NCBI GenBank assembly: GCA_964019335.1
Contig: OZ025718.1
Location: forward strand, 124,001 to 188,000
Reading direction: 5' to 3'
From: Diplonema japonicum
Taxonomy: Eukaryota; Protista; Euglenozoa: Diplonemea
Length of the DNA: 64,000 nt
A program made the position numbers and the translations under genes. The notes below the pieces were generated by a model, which was not told where the DNA came from, did not search any database, and saw nothing but the letters and a program-made list of their open reading frames with translations. Shown one piece after another: positions 35,783 to 47,711 of the stretch (positions within the stretch are counted from its first letter, which is position 1; each line of letters begins with the position of its first letter).

Positions 35783-36229
35783 TCAGTGGTGTCGATGACG
35801 TTGAATGTGGTAATGTCTCGAGTACCGTGCGTGCTTGCTGTAGCCTCCCGGGATGGAGGGGGGTGTCCAGTCAGCGACCCGCGACCTTTCGATGGGGATG
35901 TATTTGTGCTGCGGTGCTGTCATTGAAGAGTGAACTACCATCGACTTAGGTATGCTCTTGTCGTACTTCTTCACTGTGGTATCTGGGTTGGAGAAACCGT
36001 TGCCCAGCCCCTTCACCTTGCCCACTGGGAGGCCCACCACTTGCTGGTTTCTGTCAAACCCAGCAGCTACATTTGCCATGTTGATTCTCTCCAATGTCCC
36101 TCTCACACGCCTGGCCTCTAGCCCCTTTGCTCCGACTGCCGCCACCAACGGCCTGGTGTCCCCCTTTTTCTGTGTAATATTTCTCTCTGGTATTTTGCTC
36201 GACTCGACTGTGTAAGGTGCTCCGTCCAT
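35783..36229 (-). CDS. Hypothetical protein (148 aa)
   Basis: A-tract-ATG start; coding-like composition. Confidence 0.6.
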   Translation of the reverse strand: MDGAPYTVESSKIPERNITQKKGDTRPLVAAVGAKGLEARRVRGTLERINMANVAAGFDRNQQVVGLPVGKVKGLGNGFSNPDTTVKKYDKSIPKSMVVHSSMTAPQHKYIPIERSRVADWTPPSIPGGYSKHARYSRHYHIQRHRHH

Positions 36230-36658
36230 TTTTTTTTTTTTTTCCCCCTTCCTGTGAAGACAAAATTTAATTATGGTATTTTTCTCAGTAAGTAAATATT
36301 GCCCTTGTTTTTTCCCCTCTAAGCCCCCCGTCCCCGCCGCCCCGGTGTAAGTTTTGCTTGCTTGTGCCCCCGTGGTGGTAAGCTCAGAGTGTCGTTACAT
36401 AAAACCACACCAAGGATGACTTTACAGAGAGAGAAGAGTAAGTGAGAAAAAATCCTGGAGGGGGACACGGGGACATATTTTACATGGAAAGAAGAAGCAA
36501 AAAAAACTTTTTTTTCTAGAAACGTGTTGGAAAGAAAAAAAAAAAAAGAAAAAAAATAACGTAAAGGAACAAAAAAAAAATGAGAGAAAAAAAATTTTTT
36601 TTAAAAATCTTTTTTTTTTTAATTTTTGTAAAAGTTGGGTTTCCAGCCTCCCCCCCCA

Positions 36659-38190
36659 TCACGGGAAAGAACACTCACTGCATTCCGTGCAGGCATCTGC
36701 AGTCAGCCCACTGAGAACCCACACGACACCTTTTTTTTAAAAAAAAAAAATTTTTTTTTTTAAATCGCTAAATCCATACCAGCCCACGGTGTCACCAAGG
36801 ACAGGATGATCGATAAAAGCAACACAAATGAGAGAAACCGCCGTTGCGTCTTGAGCAGCCGCGACCGTTGCTTAGCCGAGATCCGCATCAAACGCCACTT
36901 GTCAAGCCAATAGTCAGCTAAAAGGCTCAATATATTCAAAAACGACGCAAGCGGGAAAACAATCATCGCCATGTAAAGGTAATACTGCCTACCGAACAGT
37001 TCAAGGTACTCCACAGCGATCTCAAAACGTGGTAAAAGATCAGCCTCGGTGAACCCAACAAGCAAATCTGTATGCCGGTACACAACCCGTTTAATCTGCG
37101 CCGCGATAAGCGGGGCTATCACTTCTATTAAATTTCCGATCGTAAGCTCCGTCAACATGAGGAACATGAACTGTTCCCCTATTAGATAATAAGCACATTC
37201 TCCTTCGTACGACTTTGTGATGAACAAAGCCATCGTTTGCGAGACCCTGAACAAAACCATTTTTGCAATGTAAACTTTTGTAAAAGTTGTCCACGAGGAT
37301 ATTGGAAGCGCCAGTGTCGTCTCATGAGCAACAAACAAGTAGATCGCGTTCAAAACCTGCACCAGAATCGACAAAAGCCCGGATATCAAAGCCGTTCCGT
37401 CACGGTTTATACGCGTACTATAGTAAGACACGACAATTGTCACTGTGATCATCATCGCGAACATGAAAAAAGCGGCGAAAAACCGCAGGGCAACGCTGAA
37501 CATCGTCCAGTTCTGGATACAATCCTCAACTGTGGTCGAACCACTGCCAGATTCAGTTGTGTCGATCTTTTTGTACCTAAGAATCATGTCTTCTTGCTGA
37601 CGTTCTAACCCGTCCGCAGGTATCAAACCGTCATCGATGCATTTCTCTCTTTTCAACGCCGTTCTCCGTTCGAACAGTAAAACCGTAATGGCCGACAAAA
37701 CAATGCACGAGATGTTCGCTATGTACCAAACAGCCTTCTCAGATGAGGTATACTCGCTTATAAAAAAATGCCGGTACCCTAGAACGGTGAGGTTTCCACT
37801 TTTGTCCTCTGAGAAGCCCGGGGATTCCTCGCTCACGTACCATATGTAAGGAATAAGCTGGAGTATAAACAGAAGGATTCCCAAGCAAAGGAGGACCCTT
37901 ATGAAATCGAAATACACGTAGTAGCCGTAGCCGTATTTTTGAAGCACCTCGTCCAGTGGTCCACAGAAATACATTTCCAAGCCGGGGTTGATGTGTTCTT
38001 TCCTGGCGCTATGTTCGTCGAAATCTTGTGGCAGTGCTAGTGGATCGATTTCGATTTTTGGTGGGTCGTACCATGTTCCTGTTATGATGGGTACTGGGTC
38101 TTCTCTTGGGTAGTCCGTTGTGATCTCCCGTAGTTTTTCCCCCCCCTTCCCCGGGAGGTATCCTGGCATGCCTGGTGGTGGCTTGACCAT
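36659..38190 (-). CDS. TMC-like (transmembrane channel-like) membrane protein; 1 intron near the 3' end
   Basis: YGYGYYVYFDFIR before TM1, CAYYLIGEQF, FEIAVEYLELFGRQ..FPL; multiple TM segments. Confidence 0.72.
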
Positions 38191-38905
38191 TTTTTTTTTT
38201 TGTCCTCCCCTTTCCTCTTCCCCCCTTTTTTTTTATTTGAAAAAAATTGAAAATTTCTGGGAAATAGGGTTCTGGAAAAAAAAAAAAAAAAAAAAAAACG
38301 ACCATTTTTTTTTTTATGAAACACATTTTTTTTTTCTCTTCTTTTTTTTTTTTTTTTTTCGAACCGGACACAAAAAAAGAAAAAAAGAAATAGGAGGGGG
38401 TGGTTTTTTTTTCTTTTTTTTTCTTTTTTGAGATGAAAGAGGGGAACGGAGGAGAGTGATAGAGAGCAAAAAAAAGGGGGTTTTTATTATTATTATTATT
38501 CTCTTTTTTTTGTTTTTGTGATAGTTTTTTTTTTTACTGAAAATAAATGGAAAGAAAGGGGGGGGGGGACAAAACAAAAAAGAAAAAAAACAAATAAAGG
38601 CAGCAGCAGCAAGGCCGTAAAGTTTCTTTTTTATTTCTTCCCTCCCCCTTTCCTCTCTCACTCTCATTTTTTTATTTTCCTTTCGTTGTTCCCTCTTCCT
38701 GATATAGGCAAAAAAAAAAAATAGAAAAAAAAAAAGAAGGAAAAAAAAAATATGAGGGGCTTTTTTTTTTCCCCCAGTGTTTGCACTGTTGACAAGGCGA
38801 CCACCCACGCGACGCGCGGCTAAGAAAAAAAATAGAAGACACTAGTTACCCTCCCCTTTCTTATTTTTTTTTTTTTTTTGAAATAAAATCTTAATAATAA
38901 AGTCA

Positions 38906-41900
38906 CTACCAGTTCGACGTCCCTCTACTAGCATTTGCGAAAGACCTCGCCTCTTTCAGTTCTTCTTCCGTCTTCTCACTGGGATTTTTTTTTTTTTTTT
39001 GAAAAGAAAAAAAAAACCTGCAAGGTTTGGGCTTCTCAGGGTCACAGAAAAACACCCCCTTTCCATCTGTTTGCAACTGTGCCTCTGGAACGAGTGTCCA
39101 ACAGTTTCTGCAGCGCTGCATAGGCTCGGCGGAGGCTGTACAAAAATTGATTTGGAAAAAAAGAAAAAAAAAAGAAAAAAAACACATACCTGAAGCTCTC
39201 GACCTCCAGGACTGCGATTTCAACCCAGTTCCCTCCTTTCCTCCCCAAGACCTGCTCAGGCTGCTTACTGCTCTTTTCGCAAACTCCACTCCCTCAACAG
39301 GGGGCCGCACACGGTCAGGCTTCGCTTCAACCCTTGTCACGGGAGCTCTCTTTCCTGTCCGCTCTGGTGTACAGTTGGCGTTCTGCCGACCATCAACACA
39401 CCTGAAGAACCCACTTCCGCCGCCCATCTCTTCCATATCATGCTCGGGACGCTTCTGGCTGCAAAGACTGCAAGTCTTCCCGACTTTCAACGTCTTCTGT
39501 CCCTCACCGACATCACATAGCCAAGTGTAACCTACATTGTTGTACATTGTGGACATTGTGATGCGAGTGGTATCATACCTTCAGGGACGCCTTCTGAGTC
39601 TGCCTCACCGAACAGCATTCGAACACGGGCGTCTTTAGTAAGGATGTGCGGGTAGAGGGGTTGTCCCTGGTACTTCTCAGGGATGTCGTATGCAACTCCA
39701 AGGTGCTTGCCGTTCAGTGCGAAGGAGATCTCGTTCGTCGAGAAATCGACGAGTGCGTGGACAGTGTCCCCTGCGCTGAACTGCGCGCCGTAGTCCTCGT
39801 ACTCACGGTTCGTGGACTTCTTGGCGGTAGCTCCGTATCCGAATCCACCGGGGCCTGATCCGAGCTCCAAGCTTGAGCCGGCAACAGACCACCCGACCCT
39901 GCACAGCCTGCCCCAGAGAACTTTGATCCCAAATGCTACCTTGCCCTTTGTGGCAGCATGTGTTGCTCTCAGTCCTTGCCAGCTCTGCCCGTTTACCGAC
40001 TCCACCGTCAGTTCATCCAGTACCCTCAGTGCTGATGTCGCCTTTGTGTCATCGAGTGCCACCTTGTACTCCCCTTTCATGGGCTGGTCGTACGGCGGTG
40101 GCATGTACTGCGACTTGTCGTTCCCACGCCGGTTGTCTCTCGGCTTCTCTTCAAACTTCAAAAAGTCCGGCAAGCTGTTTGTGTTGTCCATATTCTTGCT
40201 GTACTCTTTGAGAAAATCCGGCAGATCATCGTCCAAAGGCTTCCTGCGGTGGGTTAGTAAAAAAAAAGGGGGGGGGTTTGCGGGGGTCCATACGTGGGGG
40301 ACGCCTCCTGCTGTGCGTTTTGGAAAAGATCCCCTTTCACATCGTCCAAGCTGTTGTGGCGTCTGACCTGTGCAGCGTCCATGGGAGGCGTGCTGGGTGG
40401 CGGGACAGGCTTCCCAGCGGGCTTCTCAGACTTCAAGAAATCCGGCAAATCATCATCGTTATCATCGAACAACCCCTTCCCAGCTGCAGGCTTCGTCTCT
40501 TTCAGGAACGCCGGCAAGTCATCATCAGACGACGCAGACCCTTTGACAAACGCCTCCGGGGGGCTCTTCAGGAAGCTGGGCAGATCGCTATCGGAGTCTT
40601 CAAACTTGCTGTCAACAGCTACTTTTTTCTCCGACGCACCGTTCTGAAGGAAAGGCGGCAAATCATCATCTGTAGAAGAAGGGCTGCTCTTCAAGAACTC
40701 GGGTAGGTCATCTGTGCTCTGGGGTTCGGCGGACTTGACCGGCTGCACTGGCTCAATGTCCAGTTCGTCGCTATCTTCAGGCATCGCATAATTCTTGGGA
40801 GAGCTGTTTTTCAGGAAGTCAGGGATCTCATCGTCATCATGGACACCTTTCAAGAAGTCAGGTACATCGTCGGTGGGCGGACCACGGGTAGGAGCGCTGT
40901 TGCTCTTTGAGCTAGGAGGGTTGGACATGTCGCTGTCTTCGATGGGAGCACTCTCTTCTATTTGCTTCCTGGAAGGCCCCTGTGGGCGGCTTGGAGGTGA
41001 GTTGCTGCTGCTCTTAAGGAAATCAGGAAGGTCATCATCCTTGTCATCATCTCTCGATCGGCTGGAGGGAGACGGGGTGCTTTTCAAGAATTCGGGAAGG
41101 TCATCATCGTTCCGTTGCGGCGTCTCAGAAGGCTTCTGTGGGCGACTCGGAGGCGGGGTATCACTTTTCAGGAAGTCAGGCAGGTCATCATCCAATTCCT
41201 CTCGTCCTGAAGACCTTGTACCCGTAGGAGGAGCGCTGTTGCTTCTCAGGAAGTCAGGCAGGTCATCGTCATCACTCACCTGCAGCTTTTCTGCCCGCCC
41301 CCTGGATTGGTTGGTGGGTTCCTTCAGGAAGTCAGGCAGGTCATCATCCACGTCCTGTGGCCTGCCTCTTAGTTCGTTGCTTTCCATTCGCTGCGGCCTC
41401 CCTGAACCGCTCCGGTCGGAGGATGGGGCATTGCTGGATCGTGGACTGCCTCTTGGTTCGTTGCTTTCCCTTCTTTGGCTGGAGGGTGGGGCACTGCTGG
41501 ATCTTAAGAAGTCAGGCAGGTCGTCATCGTCACTCACCTGCGGCTTCTCTGCCCGCCCCCTGGGTTGGTTGGTAGATTCCTTCAGGAAGTCAGGCAAGTC
41601 ATTATCATCACCACTGAACTGCGGCCTTTCTGTCTGCCCTCTGGATTTGGTGGGTTCCTTTAGGAAGTCAGGCAGGTCACTGTTATCTCCAGTTCTTCTC
41701 TGAGCTGCAGGGGGGTCGTTCCTTTGGGGACGTGATCTCGCAGGTGGATTGTTTTGCGAAACCTGGTTCGCATTCAGCATGCGGCGCCTCGCAGGGTGAG
41801 TGCCACTAACTTTCGCACTACTTTGCGGCTTGTCAGTCACAGGTTGGGCGCTTGCAGGTGGCTGTTTGGTTTCCTGGGCAGACGCTGCGGACGGGTTTTT

Positions 41901-43397
41901 GAGGAAGTCGGGCAGCTCGTCTTCAGATTCCGTTAGTGGCTGCTTCTTGCCCTGCTGTGGCCTGTCCGCACTTCTGGGAGGCTGACCAGAACTCTTTAAG
42001 AAGTCAGGCAAGTCATCATCTTCAAACGATTGCGCGTCAAGTTTCTGCGGTCCACCTGAGCTCTTTGGAGGCTGTGCAGAACCCTTTAAGAAGTCCGGCA
42101 AGCCGTCGTTGTCTTCAAACGATTGCGTGTCATGTTTCTGCGGCCTGCCCGAGCGTTTCGGTGGCTGGTCGGAACTCTTTAAAAAGTCCGGCAAACCATC
42201 ATCGTCTTCAGGCTCGTGGTTTTGCGGCCTGTTCGAGGGTTCCAGAGGCTGGTCTGAAGAGTCTTTGAGGAAGTCGGGCAGGTCGTCCGCAAACGGTGGT
42301 TTCTCAGTACTCTGCGGCTTACCTGAGCTTTTCGGGGGCTGGTCTGAAGAGTCTTTGAGGAAATCGGGCAGGTCGTCCGCAAACGGTGGTTTCTCACTAC
42401 TCTGCGGCTTACCTGAGCTTTTCGGGGGCTGGGCAGAACTCTTGAGGAAGTCGGGCAAATCCTCATCATCTTCTTGTTCGAGCGGTTGTTTTGCTCGCTG
42501 TGGCGTGCCCGTGCTTCTCTGAGGCGGGGTGTCAGGTTTCATTAAGTCGGGCAGGTCGTTGTCATCTACAGGCAGCTGCTGGGTTCGCAGAGGCCTGCCG
42601 GATCTGGGAGATGCTGGGGTACGCGGGGGGGTCTGCCCTTCGGAACTCCTTGAAAAAGGAGGTTGGGTGTCTTTTGTCTCATTCAGGAAAGAAGGCAGTG
42701 TGGGCTTGGGCTCAGGAGAAGGTGTGGATGTAGTAGACGAAACGGGCTGCTCCGGCTCGGGCTCGGGGTCCCGCAAGAAGGACGGGAGCACTTCGGAGTC
42801 CTCCTTTGGAGCTCCTTGTCTCGGGAGATCTGGGTCGTCGAAGTCTAGCTCCGGATCGTTGATCTCTGAGAGGCTGTGCAGCTTGGCACGCTTCTTGCGC
42901 ATCATTGCCTTGGGAGTGTCCTTAGGGGAGACATCTTCCATAGGTTGTGCTCTTGCTTCATGCATGACACGAGGTGATGGGGAATTCTTCATGAAGCTGG
43001 GAAGTTCCGGCTCGTCACCATCGAGGATGCCCCCGTCTGCGAGGGGTTCGTCGAGCACCTCTGCCTTCATGAAGTCAGGAAGGTCAGTTTCAAGAGTTTC
43101 CTGATTGCCAGGCCACGTGGCACCATGCTCTCGTTGTGCTTTCTCCTGGTTGTACTTTGGGCTATCCACAGTCCCAAGTAGTCTGTCTAGACCTGATACC
43201 TTGCTAGCGTCAACTTTCGCCCTCTGCTCTCTGAATTCCTGCTGCTGCACTCGTTGCACGTCCACGGGGAGCGGGTTCCTCACCGCCTCATCTGCTGCCT
43301 GCTCCAACGTCTTCTCAAGCTCGTCTCGCAGCTTCGAAGACCACCTCGTCCCCCTGCGCAGCCCTATGCCAGCTACGGCCTTCCCTATGCGCAACAT
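38906..43397 (-). CDS. Repeat protein with putative mitochondrial presequence, about 29 DDLPDFLK motifs, SPRY domain and two Cys-rich modules; 4 introns
   Basis: Three ORFs joined by GT-AG introns (one with a TACTAAC branch site); SPRY: WQGLRAT, LCRVGWS, LELG..GFGYG, YGAQF, FALNGKHLGVAY, LYPH. Confidence 0.8.
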
Positions 43398-43527
43398 GCT
43401 TTGCTGACTACCAGCCTGTCAGGACATTATGATACGTCAGAAATACAAAACATGGAAAAATATCCAGCAAGGAGTGACACCGAATAAAAAAAAAGGGGGG
43501 GGGGGCGAACAAGAATCTCAGGGTTTG

Positions 43528-44634
43528 TTAAAACCTCTGTTTCCTTGGGCGGACTGAAACTAAGGGAACCGGTTCTGCCTCTGCCTCGCGAATGGCTTGT
43601 CTGAGGCTGTTTTTTTTTTTTTTATTATTATTTCCCCCCCTGCGATCCGCCCGATATTCGTCATACTTTGCAAACCGAGGCAGTTTGACATTGACCAAGC
43701 GGAAGGAGCTCTCAGTAGTTGAGGCTTCGCTCTCGCTGCTGTGATCGCCTGCTTTTTCATGTTTCCCATCCTCTTCGCTCTGCAATTCTCTAGCGGAGTG
43801 CCTCCCGTTTGCCCGCTTTTCTTCGGACGGCGATTTAAGCGTAAAATGTTGCTTCTTCCGCACCTCCCTGTCTTGGAGAATTGCATTGACACCAGTAAGA
43901 GCGCTGCCGTGTAATCTGGTGGCGTTTCTTATTGAAAACGTTGAGCTAGCGTGAGGTAGGATGTCAGTCAGCTTTTCAAGGGTTTTCAGCTGCTGGCGTG
44001 CGAGCTTTTGCCGTTTGACAAAGCAGGAAGATAGAGCCACGGTGGCGGGTTCTGCGCTCTCCTTCTCCGGCACGGAATAGCTTCGGATACTGATTTGGCG
44101 GCTGGTGACCTGCGCCCACTCTAGGAGTCGTTGCATCTTCTCCTTTCGCTTTTCTTCGGTGATCAGCGCGACTAGTGCTTTACCCCGCTGCTCTATTGTG
44201 TGTCCCCCTTCTTTACCCGTCCTGCAAATGAGGTGAGCTGCATGAGGTACGTTGATGGGCGGCAGTGCGTCACAATGTGCTACGGACTTGTGCTTCTTCT
44301 TACGGTTTTTGTATTTCCCGCGAAGTTCTGCAGGTAGACCCGCTGCAGCGGTTTCTGAAAGGTCAAGATTGCAGAATTTCCCAGTCAGCTCCGACCTCTG
44401 CGGCCGGTGCTTGCGTTCATTGTACGTGCCCTGCTGCTGTTTGTTCATTTCGATGAAATTTTGCGTCTGGGGCGGCGGTATCAGTGATACCGGTGCGGTC
44501 TTTTCCCTTCGCTTGTCTTCACTCGTGCGTTGCTTGCTTATTTTTACCCGTGAATGGCTCTCCCGCACTTCTTCACCTTGTCCCGTCACCCACCCGCCCA
44601 GCGCCTCATCGGCCACAAAATAATCTATCGGCAT
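43528..44634 (-). CDS. Hypothetical basic protein (368 aa)
   Basis: Long ORF in the cluster orientation; no recognisable motif. Confidence 0.65.
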   Translation of the reverse strand: MPIDYFVADEALGGWVTGQGEEVRESHSRVKISKQRTSEDKRREKTAPVSLIPPPQTQNFIEMNKQQQGTYNERKHRPQRSELTGKFCNLDLSETAAAGLPAELRGKYKNRKKKHKSVAHCDALPPINVPHAAHLICRTGKEGGHTIEQRGKALVALITEEKRKEKMQRLLEWAQVTSRQISIRSYSVPEKESAEPATVALSSCFVKRQKLARQQLKTLEKLTDILPHASSTFSIRNATRLHGSALTGVNAILQDREVRKKQHFTLKSPSEEKRANGRHSARELQSEEDGKHEKAGDHSSESEASTTESSFRLVNVKLPRFAKYDEYRADRRGGNNNKKKKNSLRQAIREAEAEPVPLVSVRPRKQRF

Positions 44635-44810
44635 TTCATGCCCAAAGAGGGGGAGGATGAGGCGGTTTCTTTGTTCCCCCTCTTAAAAATGATACATCGA
44701 TGAAAATGGGGGAGAAGGGGGAAAAAAAAAAAAAAAAAAAAAAAAACAACAACAACACAAAGAAAAATGGTACACTACAAAAAAAAAACCCCCCCTCCCC
44801 GCACCCCTTT

Positions 44811-45490
44811 TCACGCCTCCAATTGTTGGTCGGAGGACCCGGAAGAAAACACCCACACCTCGGTTGCCGTGTAGTCAACAGTGAAGTACAAGTACATAAC
44901 GAGGCAGAGGACATGGAACGCCAGCCGCTTAGAGGAGTCCGACCGGCGTTTTTTCATATCACGCCACAAGTTGGTGGGGTCAATAGGGAAGCCCTTTGCG
45001 AGCATGACGCGGACCGTAAGGACGTCAAAGATCAGATTGAATAGCGAACAGCCAAACCAGCCAGCATAGGCTGTCAAACAGGTTTGCATTGCATGGACAC
45101 CTGCCTCACAGTAGAGAATGGGATTGAGCTTGTTGGACACCGAGATGGACTCACAGTTCATATCTTGCTCGTACTGAATGTTGTCTTTTTCTTTCTCCGA
45201 ACATACCTCCCAAAAAACCGCTAAAACGTAAATCTCCAACACCACTAGTACAAGGCTGCCAACGACTACTCCCAGGTATATCGCAACCTTTTTTTTTTTT
45301 TTTTTTTTTCTTTCTTGTGAATACATACATCACCCGCAGCAACAACCCCACCCCACAGGAATATCCCGTATAAACCCATGCTCAACAGAAGGAACCTCTT
45401 TGCCATCTCCCACGCCGTGAGGGCCTTCATACCCTTGCCACTGTCGACCTTCTGATGCGGGGTGTACTCCACATCGAGGGCAGTAGACAT
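44811..45490 (-). CDS. Small multi-pass membrane protein; 1 intron
   Basis: Poly(A) intron joins VAAGD|VAIYLG; about 4 hydrophobic segments. Confidence 0.7.
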
Positions 45491-45647
45491 TTCTTTTTTT
45501 TTTTTTCTTTTTGCTATCCGTGCATTTCTACTGTATTGAGGTAAGTGAAGTAGTTGGTATTCTTTTCTTTTTCAAAGTGGTAAAGAAGTACATGTGGTTT
45601 TTCCTCTCTCCCCTCCCCCTCCCCCCCCCCCCTTTTTTTCTCGCAAT

Positions 45648-46304
45648 TCACAAATGAGAAGTAAGATTGAAGATAATCTTATTGTATCCAAACGGCCTCG
45701 CAGACTTCACAACATCGACTACAGAGATACCGCAATTGTCATGAGGGATTCGTGACATCATCGCAGGCCCCATCCCGAGAAGGTCTGCTATCAGTATTTT
45801 TGTGAGTCTAGCGTGTGCGACAACGACGAGATGCGTCGGGTCATGCTGCTCTAAGATGTCCTCAAGCGCAACTCGCGACCGAAGCGCGACCTCGCAGAAC
45901 GACTCAGCGTTTTTCAGTTTGTAGTGTTCATTGTCTTTGCTCCATTGGACCATCATTTCCTTCACCTTCGGGAGTGCTGTTTTGTCCGTCAGTCTCATCC
46001 CTTCGATCTCGCCATAATACATTTCATTGAAGCCTTTGTGCTTCACACGGACGGTCCCCTTCATTGCCTCGCTTGTTGCCACAGCCCTGCACAGCTCGCT
46101 CGTGGCGATCACATCAGCCTTGAACCCCGCGCTGTTAATGTTCTGTGCGGCCTTTGCCGCCTGCCGTTTTCCTATTTCGTTCAACGGTTCGTCTATTGAG
46201 CCTCCTTGCACGACACCTATAGCGTTCAGCCTTGTCTGCCCGTGGCGGCAGAAGTAGATACGACAGGCGCCCTCTGCTAGAACAGGAAGCGTTTTAAGAT
46301 CCAT
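45648..46304 (-). CDS. Histidine phosphatase (phosphoglycerate mutase superfamily)
   Basis: RHGQT, LNEIGKRQA, TSELCRA, NEMYYGEIEG, AES, VVAH. Confidence 0.9.
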   Translation of the reverse strand: MDLKTLPVLAEGACRIYFCRHGQTRLNAIGVVQGGSIDEPLNEIGKRQAAKAAQNINSAGFKADVIATSELCRAVATSEAMKGTVRVKHKGFNEMYYGEIEGMRLTDKTALPKVKEMMVQWSKDNEHYKLKNAESFCEVALRSRVALEDILEQHDPTHLVVVAHARLTKILIADLLGMGPAMMSRIPHDNCGISVVDVVKSARPFGYNKIIFNLTSHL

Positions 46305-46474
46305 GTTTCCCAAAACCACACTCCCTTTTGATATTTTTTGACCACTCGGAAATGAAACAGGTATAAAAAAGAAAAATGGCAGTTTTTTTTTTTTTTTTTC
46401 ATCGGCTGAAAAGCCAGAGGGGGAAGGGAAAAAAAAAAGTACTTTTCTTTCCGACGCCAACCCTATATATCTTC

Positions 46475-47578
46475 TTACGAAAAGGGGTTGAAGAACAGAA
46501 CAACGATGGACGTGCAGAATGAAAACCCGCCCCGTTTGCCGACCTCGGCGATAAGCGCTTCTGCGACGGGTTGGGGGTGTGTGAAAATGTCATGGACTGT
46601 CACGGGTTCGTGGTCCGAAATACACGTGGATTTGCTGCTGTCGGATTCCCAATTAGACAGCTTCTCCTTCTCGTTTCGGCGGTACACGATGCACTCGGGG
46701 AGCACGTCGTGCAGCTCGCTGACCTCATCGGAGCTGAGCCGTGCGGCAACGTCGATTTCATCTTTTGCTTGGATGACGAACGACCGCACCTCCTGCACTG
46801 TCATGACCTCCCATAAGGATGCAGTCCCCATCACGATGAAATCAAGGTTGTCGGTGGAATGCTCGTCAACATGGATCATAAGCGGCATAGGCCATTGTGG
46901 CTTCTGTGTGTTCTCGATGACAATCAGTTCCTTTCCCGAGCAGAGGATCTTCCCTGTTCCCGAGATGAAGGTCGTCAGCTTGTTTCCCACGCAACACGCT
47001 GCCATCAACGCTGCCTTGGAGATAATCTCGTTCTTCACAGTTTCGATGAACGCACGTTGTACATTTTCCAAAAAATTCGGGTGCATCACAACCGTCTCAT
47101 GGAATGTGGTCTTCTGCTGGGAGTCGGGTACCTTTTTGAACATAGTCACACCTACGTAAAGTTGTGTTTGCTTCACCCATTCCGACGGTGAGTCTTGCCT
47201 AACGCATCTTTCATCGATGTTACACTGGCCTGCAGCGGGCCTCGCCCAGTTCCCCAAATGAGGTATGATGCAAATTGTTTCCTCTGTCTCGTTCAGAGGG
47301 GAGTACGAGAAGCTTACATGCCTTCGTACGGCGCCCAGGCGGGGGGTTTCTATTTTGTTGTACATGTACAGGCGGTTCTTTTCTTTCTCTAGCCGTAGTT
47401 TTTCGGTCTCGGCCCATCGCTTTACGGCGTTTGGGATGTTGCTCTGAAGACCGTTTTCAAGGAGGTGTTCGATAATCTCCTTGCAGCGAAGCAGCTTCAC
47501 GTAAGGCAGCTCGTTGGGATGTATTACAGTGTGGATGGCCCGGAGGTGCTTCATAGCTGAGTCGAAGTCGGAGTCCAT
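46475..47578 (-). CDS. Hypothetical protein
   Basis: Long ORF from MDSDFDS; the 3' end may be spliced. Confidence 0.65.
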   Translation of the reverse strand: MDSDFDSAMKHLRAIHTVIHPNELPYVKLLRCKEIIEHLLENGLQSNIPNAVKRWAETEKLRLEKEKNRLYMYNKIETPRLGAVRRHVSFSYSPLNETEETICIIPHLGNWARPAAGQCNIDERCVRQDSPSEWVKQTQLYVGVTMFKKVPDSQQKTTFHETVVMHPNFLENVQRAFIETVKNEIISKAALMAACCVGNKLTTFISGTGKILCSGKELIVIENTQKPQWPMPLMIHVDEHSTDNLDFIVMGTASLWEVMTVQEVRSFVIQAKDEIDVAARLSSDEVSELHDVLPECIVYRRNEKEKLSNWESDSSKSTCISDHEPVTVHDIFTHPQPVAEALIAEVGKRGGFSFCTSIVVLFFNPFS

Positions 47579-47605
47579 CCCCCCCCTTCCTCTGTCTCTG
47601 AGCGG

Positions 47606-47636
<31 letters not shown>

Positions 47637-47711
47637 AAGGACTGAGGGAGGAAAAAAAAATATAAATATGAAACTCTAAACTTTTTTTTTTCTTTTCCCT
47701 TTAATGAGTCT

